DNA of 63,970 nucleotides, the filler included, from Chiloscyllium plagiosum (Eukaryota): NCBI RefSeq assembly GCF_004010195.1. It is 5 parts of one record of this genome, joined end to end, with 100 filler letters (N's around TTAATTAATTAA, not from the genome) between each part and the next. Parts side by side here need not be neighbours in the genome. Positions count along the whole stretch, not along the records: positions 40,269 to 60,768 come from NC_057715.1; positions 60,869 to 63,970 come from NC_057715.1; 3 more parts are not named here. The stretch is one strand, 5' to 3'. The translations under genes were made by a program, and so were the position numbers. Of this stretch, positions 53,015 to 63,970 are shown piece after piece (the stretch's first letter is position 1; each line of letters begins with the position of its first letter). Under the pieces are notes generated by a model. It was given only the letters and a program-made list of their open reading frames with translations, was not told where the DNA came from and did not search any database.

Positions 53015-55163
53015 TACACTATAAATCCATGTATTCTTAATCAAGCAATACAATTCAAATTTAAATTTTAGATCTGATTTTTTTTTGTTAAGCAAAGATA
53101 TTGAGAGATATGGGCCGAAGGCAGATTTTTGGAGTTAGGCCACAGATCAGCCATGATCTCATTGAATGACAGAAGAGGCTGAGGGGCTGAATGACCTGCT
53201 CCTGTTCCTATGAATTTAGTCTTCAGTGATTCACCACGTTAGCCCCTCTGTCTCTGATGACTGAAATTCAGAAGTTACTACTCTTATACAATTAAAGTTC
53301 CATCAGCAAGTTGGGTGCAGATCCTAACCTTCATCAGCTAAGCTTGGTTTAGACTGACTGAGTGGGCAATGTTTCAGTTAGTAAGCCTTAGTTCTTTGTT
53401 GGCTAGTAATTAATTGTGCTTACCAAGTCACAAGGACACTGACTGACACTCATTTGCTTTTCTAGATCCTCAAGGTCTATTTAGAGGCTTTTAAAATAAC
53501 ATTTTGTTTCCCTTAATGAGATTATCTCGGTTCAATCTGCAAGATCCTGAAATATAACTTGAGCAGTTTTAAAAATAACAAGCTGTTTGCCCATCAGTCC
53601 TGCTCTCAATGTCTCGAAGTATGATGGGCTGGATTTTAGTCTTGTTTAAGCATTTTATATATGTATACGTAGTATATCAGTGTTGGATAGCATATCATGT
53701 CTCAACCATAAACTCCAACTTATATGTACAATCTTGGCAATGCCATGTCTTTGGGCATGCACAGTGCTGTTAAAATTGAGTACAACTGTGTGATTTGCTG
53801 AGTTCGTAAGTTCACTAAATATGTATTCACACAATGATGGTGGGTCTAGATTGCCATAATATGTGCTACAAGTGCAAATGTTTATGGTTTCCTTGAATGA
53901 TGCATCAGTAGATAGGCTCATAATGCCAAATTAATACATGGATACGAGCCACTCAGTCAGCACTCTCATTCCATAGAGCATAAATGTTGGTTTTTCTCCT
54001 TTATTTAGTATTCCTGCAAATTGTCTTGATGAAAAGCTTTGGTACGTGTCAAGTTAGAAATTCTTTTTCAGTAATACTCAAGTTCTGTGCCACCTTATGA
54101 TTATTTCAAAACCAAATTCTTAAAAGCATCCCACTTGGTGTTTAACACAAAACAATAGCTTCTTCTCAGCTACAGCAGCCCTTTCTTAGTGTGATGTATT
54201 GTGAAAGATGTTAAATTGCTACTTGACAGTGTGTTTCTGTTTGTGTTTCTCTCCACATGATAACTGAACCGCACCAAACTGAAGTGCTTATCAGGAATTC
54301 AAATTGTATATTTCTTTCCATAATTCTGTTTTCTTTTAAAGGAATATTTAAAAATATATTTTCTTGCAAAATTCAGCATTCATAACATTGAAACCTGTGT
54401 ATATGAATTTTGAAGAGTTATTTTATACAATTGGCAAGGTTTCCTTTTTGATATTATGCTTAGCAAGACAAAAGTAGAATGTTGTGATGTGAAAGTATTT
54501 GCTTTGAATATAATTGGTATGCCACATTGATTGCTACAGGCAAATAGCAGATGCTGTGCATGTTAATTTATGTTAGCTTTGTTTCAAAACATTTGTGAAA
54601 TTGCTACAGGTGGTACACTGGTTATCGCAGGGTCTCAGGAAAGCTGATAGATCACTTGGGAACGTTTGGCGATCATCGGGGCAGAGGACGATTATCAAGA
54701 TTAAAGGATTTTTACATGTTTAGCTGGTTTGACATGGAGAAGGCCCCCAACTGCTCTCTGGAATCATGTAGTTCTGCAAAGGCACTTATTATGGGTGCAT
54801 TCATTCTTCACTCTTCCAGCCTACCTCCTTTTAAAACAAGATGTCATCAGATTGAGTTCATATATAAAATTTATAACATTATGACATCCTACTTAAACCA
54901 AACAGGAACATTGAAATTATATTCAATACGTGTTAGTCTGACTTGAACAAGAAAGCAAGTTCAAGGATAGTGTTCTTGAGTTCCTGCCCCAGCGAACCCA
55001 GATACAAAGTTGGTTTTGGAAAATAATTCATGTTATGTAACAAGTTGGACATGTTTTAACAAACAGTGTGTAAAATTGCTGTATTTATTTTGGGTGTATT
55101 AAAATTAAAGGCATTTAATGAGACAAATTAATGAAATGTTTTCCGATTTTCTGTACTTTTCAG

Positions 55164-55263
55164 GGCACTGTGGCAAAACGTTTGCCATTCTGGAACGATT
55201 CATAAGTAATGCTGTTCCTGAAGTTCCCTGGCTCATGATTGTGGATGATGACACATTAATAAG
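55164..55263 (+). CDS. B3GLCT: Beta-1,3-glucosyltransferase (B3GLCT) internal exon with the DxD catalytic motif (100 bp; human exon 12 equivalent as recalled)
   Basis: Acceptor tttctgtacttttcag|GG and donor ATAAG|gtactg. Translates [33 protein letters not shown] versus human [34 protein letters not shown]. Confidence 0.93.
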
Positions 55264-56129
55264 GTACTGTAAATAAAATTAAAACAAATTTCTAAATCTG
55301 CATATGATAGTACTAAAGATGGAAAAATTCCAATTCTTAAGCATTACTGTTTCACTCATGGAGTCACAATCGTAGAGTCATACAGCATGGTAACAGACCC
55401 TTCAGACCAACCAGTCCATGCCAACCATGTTTCCAAACTAATCTAGTCCAATTGCCTGTGTTTGGCTCAGTTTTGTAACATAACTGACTCTCAAGAAATA
55501 TTTATCAGTAAAAGTATGTTTTTCCAATTCATGAGAAAACTGAGATGTGAGTAGATGGAAGTAAAAATCAAATATCATAAAATATGGTGAAAAGTATATC
55601 ATTGCAAACTGGGACTGGATATTAAAGAATATTTTGAATTGTCAGGTAATCCAACTGATACGCTTTCAACGTTTCCTATTTGCTTCCATTTCTTTCCTTT
55701 CTTTAGTTCTCTTTTATTGTCCATCCTAGTTTCCATTGAAAAGGTGGTAGCCTTCTTGAACCATTGCAGTCCATTTGTTGTAGATAGATGTACAGTGTCA
55801 TTAGGAAGGGAGTTATAGGATCTTAACCCAGCAACACTGAAGGATTGACAATATATTTCCAAGTCATGATGGTAAGTGGAGGAAAACATACAGATTGTGG
55901 TGTTCCCAGGTGACTGCTGCCCTTGTCCTTCTAGATGCAAGTAGTCATGGGTCTGTAAGTTTCTCTAGATAGAAGTGTTCAGATGTTTGAAAGCTGCTGT
56001 GTAAGGAGCCTTGGTGAACTTCTGCAGTGCGTCTTGCAGATGGTACATACTGCTGTTAGTGTGCTTTGGTGATGGAGGGACGAAAAAAGGTGCCAGTCAA
56101 GCAGACTCTGTCCTGGACTGTGCCCATGA

Positions 56130-56397
56130 CTTGTCCGGACTTGTCCTACCTGCCTATCTCCTTTTCCACCTATCCACTCCACCCTCTCCTCCCTGACCTA
56201 TCACCTTCATCCCCTCCCCCACTCAACCATTGTACTCTATGCTACTTTCTCCCCACCCCCACCCTCCTCTAGCTTATCTCTCCACGCTCCAGGCTCACTG
56301 CCTTTATTCCTGATGAAGGGCTTTTGCCCGAAACGTCGATTTCGAAGCTCCTTGGATGCTGCCTGAACTGCTGTGCTCTTCCAGCACCACTAATCCA
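56130..56397 (+). mobile_element. Penelope 3' end/pLTR with an intact hammerhead motif (56310-56337)
   Basis: CTGATGAAGGGCTTTTGCCCGAAACGTC, same family as the copy at 15755. Confidence 0.78.
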
Positions 56398-56831
56398 TTA
56401 GCTGGGCTCATCCAGATAGGAGTGGATCAAGCAGAGAAAGGGGTTTCATAGAGTTTTTTTTCCTCAACAAACAATATGGAGAGCTGGTCGAAATCTACAT
56501 GACGATATAAAATAATATCATTTTGATAAAATCCTATAAAATTGTAGATTTTCATAATTATACGATTTGTTACATGAGATGTGCAAGTATTAATATGCTG
56601 AACTCTAATATACTCATGAACAACATTAATGAGTATATTAATATTTAATATAACATATTAATATTCTCTGTGTGTTACTTTGCTGCTTTGTTGCTGTTTT
56701 GTTATTGGATATTCATTCATGGAATGTGGGCATTGTTGGAAAGACCAGAATTTATTGCTTATCCCTAATTGCCCTTAAAGATGATGGTGAGTTAAAATTA
56801 AATCACATTAGGAAATTGTGTACTGTAGTCT

Positions 56832-58392
56832 GTGGCGTGGTACAGTGGCTCAGTGTTTAGCACTGCTGTCTTACAGCACCAGGAACCTGGGTTCAATCCC
56901 AGCCTCAGCTAACTGTCTGTGTGGATTTGGAGATGCCGGTGTTGGTCTGGGTGTACAAAGTTAAAAATCACCTGATGAAGGAGCGGTGCTCCGAAAGCTA
57001 GTGTGCTTCCAATTAACCCTGTTGGACTATAACCTGGTGTTGTGTGATTTTTAACTTTGTCTGTGTGGAGTTTGAATATTTCTCCCTGTGTCTGCATGGG
57101 TTTTCTCCAGGTGCTCCAGTTTTCTTCCACATTCCATTGATGTGCAGGTTAGGTGGAATGGCCGTGCTAAATTGCCCATAGTGTCCAGGCATAGGTATAG
57201 AACATTGAACAGCACAGCACAGAACAGGCCTTTCAGCCCTCGATGTTGCGCCAACCTGTGAACTAATCTAAGCCCATCATGCTAGACTATCCCATCATCA
57301 TCCACATGCCTATTCAAGGACTGCTTAAATGCCTCTAATGTGGCTGAGTTAACTACATTGGCAGGCAGGCCATTCCATGCACTTACCACTCCCCGAGTGA
57401 AGAACCTGCCTCTAACATCTGTCTTAAATCTATCACCCCTCAATTTGCAGCTATGCAAGCAAATGTCATCATCCTAGGAAAAAGACTCTCACTGTTCACT
57501 CTATCTAATCCTCTGATCATCTTGTATGTTTCTATTAAATCGCCTCTTAGCCTTCTTCTCTCCAGTGCGATCAGACCCAAATCCTTCAGCCTTTCCTCAT
57601 AAGACCTTTGCTTTAAACCAGGCAATATCCTGGTAAATCTCTTCTGCACCTTTTCCATTGCTTCCACATCCTTCCTCTAATGGGGTGACCAGAACTGCAC
57701 ACAATACTCCAAGTGAGGCCACACTAGTGTTTTGTACACTTGCAGCATGACATCATGGCTCCGGAACTCAATCCCTCTACCAATAAAACCTAACACACCG
57801 TATGCCTTATTAACGCACTACCAACCTGGGTGGCAACTTTCAGGGATCTATGTCCAAGGACATCAAGATCCCTCTGCACATGCACACTACCAAGAATCTT
57901 TCCATTGACCCTGTATTCTTCCTTCCTGTTAATCTTCCCAAGGTGAATCACCTCACATTGCCACCTTTCAGCCCAGTTCTGCAGTTTACCAAAGTCTCCC
58001 TGCAACATTCTTCGACACTGTCCACTATTCCACCAACTTTAGTATCATCTCCAAACCCATCCACCTATGCTTGCGTCCAAGTTGTTTATAGAAATGACAA
58101 ACAGCAATGGTCCCAAAACAGATCCTTGTGGCACACGACTAGTAACCGGACTCCAAGCTGAATATTTCCATCAATCACCACTCGCTGCCTTCTTACAGAA
58201 AGCCAGTTTCTAATCTAAACTGCTAAATCACCTTCAATTCCATGCCTCCGCATTTTCTCCAGTAGCCTAATATGGGAGGCTAGTAATGGGAGGTGCACGG
58301 TTGCAGGTAAAGGGTGGGATGCTCTGAGGGTCAGTGTGGACTTGTTGGGCCGAATGGCCTGTTTCCACACTGTAGGGATTCTATGATTCTAT
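56832..58392 (+). mobile_element. HE1-like SINE split by a Penelope-derived insert (about 56925-57058) and an antisense CR1 fragment (about 57198-58270)
   Basis: SINE head at 56832 (ggttcaatccc B-box), V-domain at about 57060-57190 and tail at 58280-58392. The CR1 RT lies on the minus strand. Confidence 0.75.
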
Positions 58393-60519
58393 AGTTCCTT
58401 CTTTCGCTTCACACATACATAATCCAGCAAGAACATGGTCTGTTAGTACGGATGCCGTTCTGTAATGAAGCATCAACTATGGTGAATATTGAAACGCTGA
58501 GATCACTTTGATGATTTGGTACAAATTCACATTCCATGTTCTTAATTAATAAAAATCAAGCCCACATTTGTTCTACCTACTTAAGTGTAATAACTTCACT
58601 TATTTGAAATGGCCTAGAAGTATTTAGTTTTTGTATTTCGATACAGATTATGAAATGTGCTATAATTAGGTGCAATTCCTTGTCACAAAAACATTTTCAG
58701 AACCTTCCTTCACCACTCTTCCTTTGGCCAGTCTTCTCCCTGACAATCTTGTTGTACTATTTCAAGAAGGGCATGAAAGTTAACTCTGGTGTCCTTTGCA
58801 ATTTTTGCAATAATCACCATCTCAAAAAAGTTGACCTGGTTAATGGCTGTTTCTGGTACCTTTCTTTTCACAAATTGGTTGTTTACTTTGTACATAACAC
58901 CGAGGACTACACTTCGTTAGCTTTGGATCACTTTGGGGCATCCTACAGTTGTGAGACAGTTACTATAAAAGTTAAGCTTTCTTTTTTTCTTTAACATGCT
59001 GGTAATATATTAGTTATTTCTATAATTTGAATGAATAGTGGTGTCAGAAGCATTTTTCCATTTTATTAGCAGTGCATCATTAATATTAGTCCAATCAAAT
59101 GCCCAACCAAAGCGTCAAGCATTTAGCTAGATTTTGTCCGGTGAAGATCAGGCGAACTTGAAACCACCAGATCAGTCACAGTCAGGATTTAGGAAGGTTT
59201 CATGGGTAGAAATGTAATTGATTCTATAAAAAATTTAGAATATAGAAGGAGACCATTGGGAACATCATATTCATGGTTCTGAGACCCTAGACCAACATCA
59301 TGTTAAACTTTCAGCACTTCTTCTCATAGAACCTCAAAGAAATCTTGACTGCTTCCCATACAAGACCTCCAGGTTGACTAAGTGGGTTCTGCCACCTTAC
59401 CTCCAGGAGAGCAATCGCCCTTTAAATTTTACGTTGTTCTGGATTAGATAAATGCCTGGTGGTATGCGGACAGAACAGTGACCGATGCATTGCTTATACA
59501 TTAGCTGCAATGTATCTGTTTTCCATTAGCCAGAGGGAGTTAAGTCTCCTGCTAAAGTGTTTTAAACTTTTCTCTAGAGTGACTGACTGTAATGGTTATG
59601 GCAGTCACAAATAATAAAGTTCATCTTGTCTCATTGCTTTTCCCACAAAATGATTTAATAAGCTAGAGACCTCTTTGACCTGTGATGTGGTTTTGCTTGT
59701 AAGACAATAACTAATGAAGATATTCCCAAGAGCTAACAATTGGACTTAGCTAATATTGAGTATTGCTAAAATTTGACCCCAAGGCAACATAGCAACAATT
59801 TGCAAAACTCTGCTTTTAACGTGCATGAATTAACCTAGCTATATATTTTTAAATAATGATATTACATAGAAATACTTTATAATAGAGATTATTTTCCCAT
59901 CTCCACTTCTCTGCTGGAAGGTCCAAATTCTGTGCCTCTTCACATCTATTTTCCCAAATTTTTCTTAGACTTTCATAGAATCTTAGCATGGCAATAGGCC
60001 TTTCAATCCATCTATTCCATGCTGATCATTATCTTCTCTGATTTCATATTTCAAATGACCTTTTCTTCCAACCACCATTTAAGTCAATATTAAAATTAAT
60101 ATGGGCCCTGCTTCACTGATGAATGCTGGTAGTATATTTCACATCCTCAGAAAACGCTTCTTGTGTTGTCTTTCTAAAATTTCTTATATTTAATAATTTA
60201 TCAGCATCCCCTTGTTCAATACACCTCAACGACTGGAAATGATCTGTCCATTCTGTCCAAAGTAATCTAATCTGATATATCTTTATCAAATCATTTCACA
60301 ATTTACTCTAAACCCACTGTTTCCTATAGATACCTTGATTGTACATCCTTTGTCCTTGCTTCCTGTAAGGACTCTGCCTTTTGCCCAGTTCCACCAACAA
60401 AATCTGTTTAGACAAAGCTGCAATTCAAATCAGTGCTTCCTTTATGCCTTGTTCTTTCCTTAACCAAGAATTTCCCCTTCCTGTATTTAATACTCGCCGT
60501 GACTCAAACATTTCTTCCG

Positions 60520-61201
60520 CCGCCTCCGAGCTTACCTTCACCAACAGGACTCCCGCCCACCTTCCGAGGACCACTTTGCCCACCTCCAACACACTGCATC
60601 CACCTAGACACCCCGTGCTGGCCTATTACCCGCCCTCGACCTCTTCATTTCCAACTGCCACCGGGACATTAATTGCCTCAACCTGTCTACCACCCTCCCC
60701 CCACTCCAACCTCTCACCCTCACAACGCGCAGCCCTCCAATCCCTCTGCTCCAATCCTGACCTCACCANNNNNNNNNNNNNNNNNNNNNNNNNNNNNNNN
60801 NNNNNNNNNNNNTTAATTAATTAANNNNNNNNNNNNNNNNNNNNNNNNNNNNNNNNNNNNNNNNNNNNCCCCCCTCCCCCACCTTGTCTCAGCCGGGTCC
60901 CTCCAGCCCGGCGCCGCCTTCCTGACCTGCAGTCTTCTTGTTGACCTCTCCGCCTCCATCCTACTCCGACCTATCACCCTCACCTTGACCTCTTTCCACC
61001 TATCACATTTCCAACGCCCCTCCTCCAAGTCCCTCCTCCCTACCTTTGATCTTCTCCTGCTGAACACTCTCTGCTCATTCCTGAAGAAGGGCCTGTGCCC
61101 GAAACGTCGAATCTCCTGTTCCCTGGATGCTGCCTGACCTGCTGTGCTGTTCCAGCAATAAAGTTTCAGCTTTGATCTCCAGCATCTGCAGACCTCACTT
61201 T
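60520..61201 (+). mobile_element. Penelope-like element (gapped) with a 3' pLTR hammerhead at 61081-61108
   Basis: LDLFISNCHRDI...SNLSPSQRAALQSLCSNPDLT, the region preceding the RT domain. Confidence 0.8.
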
Positions 61202-61204
61202 ATC

Positions 61205-61482
61205 CCACCCAGACCCATCCCACCTACCCTATGACTATACACTTCCCCTGACAAATATACCTAACCTACACCTCCCCGAACACAATATGCAATTTAACAT
61301 GGCCAGTTCACCTGACATGCACATCTTTGGATTGTAGGAGGAAATCAGAGCACCCAGAGTAAACCCATGCATACACGGGGAGAATGTGCAAACTCTACAC
61401 AGACAGTTCCCCGAGGCTGGAAGCAAATCTGGGTCCCTGGTGCCATGAGACAGCAGTGCTGACCACTGAGCTATTGTGCCAC
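61205..61482 (-). mobile_element. HE1-like V-SINE
   Basis: The reverse complement begins ggtggcacaatagctcagtggtcagcactgctg. Confidence 0.75.
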
Positions 61483-62669
61483 CTCTGACCTGTTCGTATA
61501 GCCACAGTACCTATATAGCTGGTCCAGTTCCGTTCTTGGTCAATAGTAACCCACAAGATGTTGATAGTGAGAAATGCCATGACAGTGATACCACGGAATG
61601 TGAAGTTGTGATGGTTAGATTCACTCCTAATGGAGACGGTTATTGCCTGGAACTGTGGTGCAAATATTACTTGCCTTCTGTCATAACAATCAGTTGTATT
61701 TTTTGCTAATTTATATTCCCAATCAAGTTTCTACCTTTTTCTGAGGATTCTTAGTCTGCTGGTACTTCTTGAAAAAGTTCCAATCCTTTGGCATGCCATT
61801 AGTTTTCACTATTGGATATGTCTTAGTTTTTGATTCGATACTCTGCTTCATCACTTTTATTTATTATAGGAGCTTCATCCTTCTCATCAAATCCTTCTTT
61901 TTGAATGGAATATTTTTTTAATTAGCATTATGCAATATGTTGGTGCAGACTCAATGGACTGAAAGCCTTTTCTATGACATCTGCCATTGCCCTTCTAATG
62001 AACACCCAATTAGTCTATTTTCTAAGTCTGCTTTAACGAACCCTTTCTTCACTTCTCTGTAATTTAAGTTAAGGACAGTGTTTGAGATTCAAGTTGTTAT
62101 CCCTCAAATTAAATTTGAAATTCTACCTTGTTGTGATCACTGTTCCCGAGAGGAATATTAACGAGGAAACTCATCAATTCCGAATTAATTACACATTACG
62201 AGATCATAGCCTGTTCATGGATACGTTATGCAACATATTGTTCTAAACAAAAATCCCTCTCATTTACAACATTTTTTCATTGAGCAAGCCTCAATAGCCT
62301 TTTGAGGAAAATAAGTTCTGATTTCTAATGCAGCGAAACGTATGCCCCCCATCTATTCATTACTCCCCACCGTAACATGCTGCCTGTCTAAGCCTCTGCT
62401 TATTGCAATGAGGTATCGTACAAGTATAATGCTTTTGTTTGAAATGCTTCAGTGACCTTTGGACAAGCTTAGGCACAAAGGAACCAGGTTTTGTCTAATA
62501 TTCTTTCATCTTCTTGAACAAACTAATCCTTGTAATCTGTTATCCTCAAAGTCCAGTCTATGCAGCATGTCCTCAAAATTTAACCCGGAAGCATCATGGA
62601 CTAAGAGGAGTATGTAGCAAGTCAGAATTATTGTGAAGCAGACTGAGAGGAATGTGGGAAAATTCAGAA

Positions 62670-63970
62670 TCACTGTGAAATGGACTGGGAGGAGTGAGCA
62701 GTGAGTGAGTGTCACTGTGAAATGGACAGGGAGGAGTGTGCTGTGAGTGAGTATCACTGTGAAATGGGCTGCGAGGAGTGTGCAGTGAGTGAGTGTCACT
62801 GTGAAATGGACTGGGAGGGGTGTGCAGTGAGTGTGTGTCTCTGTGAAATGGACTGGGAGGCATGTGCAGCTGGGAGGAGTATGCAGTGAGTGAGTGTCAC
62901 TGTGAAATGGACAGGGAGGAGTGTGCTGTGAGTGAGTATCACTGTGAAATGGGCTGGGAGGAGTGTGCAGTGAGTGAGTGTCACTGTGAAATGGACTGGG
63001 TGGGGTGTGCAGTGAGTGAGTGTCCATGTGAAACAGACATGGAGTAGTGTGCAGTGAGTGAGTGTCACTGTGAAATGGACTGGGAGGAGTGTGCAATGAG
63101 TAAGTGTCACTGTGAAATGGACTGGGAGGAGTATGCAGTGAGTGAGTGTCACTGTGAAATGGACTGGGAGGCATGAGCAATGAATGAGTGTCCCTGTGAA
63201 ATGGACTGGGAGGCGTGTGCAGTGAGGGAGTGTCCCTGTGAAATGGACTGGGAGGAGTGTGCAATGAGTAAGTGTCACTGAGCGTGCAGTGAGTGAGTCT
63301 CATTGGAAACGGACTGGGTGGAGTGCGCAGTCAGTGAGTGTCACAGTGAAATGGACTGGGAGGAGAGTGCAGTGAGTGAGTGTCCCTGTGAAATGGACTG
63401 GGAGGAGAGTGCAGTGAGTGAGTGTCCCTGTGAATTGGACAGGGAGGATTGTGCCGTGAGTGAGTGTCACTGTGAAATGGACTGGGAGGAGAGTGCAGTG
63501 AGTGAGTGTCCCTGTGAAATGGATTGGGAGGAGAGTGCAGTGAGTGAGTCTCACTGGAAACGGACTGGGTGGAGTGTGCAGTGAGTGAGTGTCCCTGTGA
63601 AATGGACTGGGAGGAGAGTGCAGTGAGTGAGTGGCCCTGTGAATTGGACAGGGAGGATTGTGCCGTGAGTGAGTGTCACTGTGAAATGGACTGGGAGGAG
63701 TGCGCAGTCAGTGAGTGTCACTGTGAAATGGACTGGGAGGAGAGTGCAGTGAGTGAGTGTCACTGTGAAATGGACTGGCAGGAGAGTGCAGTGAGTGAGT
63801 GTCCCTGTGAATTGGACAGGGAGGATTGTGCCGTGAGTGAGTGTCCCTGTGAAACGGACTGGGAGGAGTGTGCAGTGAGTGTGTGTTCCTGTGAATTGGA
63901 TTGGGAGGAGTATGCAGTGAGTGAGTGTCCTTGTGAAACGGACTGGGAGGAGTGTGCAGTGAGTGAGTGT
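62670..63970. repeat. 42-bp minisatellite (about 30 copies, runs off the window end)
   Basis: Unit GTGAGTGAGTGTCACTGTGAAATGGACTGGGAGGAGTGTGCA. Confidence 0.93.

Noticed and set aside
58710..58980. Minus-strand cadherin-like wording (FFEMVIIAK, TFIVTVS)
   Set aside because: No LDRE or DxNDN motif, stops are present, and there is no phase-1 donor.
62506..63763. His/Cys-rich ORFs up to 265 aa
   Set aside because: They arise from a 42-bp (multiple of 3) minisatellite that is open in several frames on both strands.

Overview
Repeat-rich vertebrate genomic DNA, most likely from a shark or other elasmobranch (HE1/V-SINEs, CR1, Penelope-like, Tx1 and Rex1 retroelements), with five assembly gaps. 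Three genes are interwoven. (1) On the minus strand are four phase-compatible exons (18149-18329, 13081-13331, 5403-9755, 3622-3729) of a divergent FAT4-type giant protocadherin with cadherin repeats and four EGF modules. (2) On the plus strand is a MEDAG-like gene that the ORF track largely misses: exon 1 at 33092-33345 carries two frameshifts, exons 2 and 3 are intact at 33418-33527 and 36545-36657, and no convincing exon 4 was found. (3) On the plus strand is a single 100-bp exon of B3GLCT (55164-55263) encoding the DxD motif. No other B3GLCT exon is visible upstream and no upstream cadherin exon is visible in 18330-63970. The simplest reading is therefore a nested, interleaved locus: a >55-kb B3GLCT intron holds an antisense FAT4 paralog and a same-strand MEDAG-like (pseudo)gene. 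About ten minimal hammerhead-ribozyme motifs from Penelope-like elements are also present. Homology calls rest on manual translation and remembered human sequences, not on database searches.
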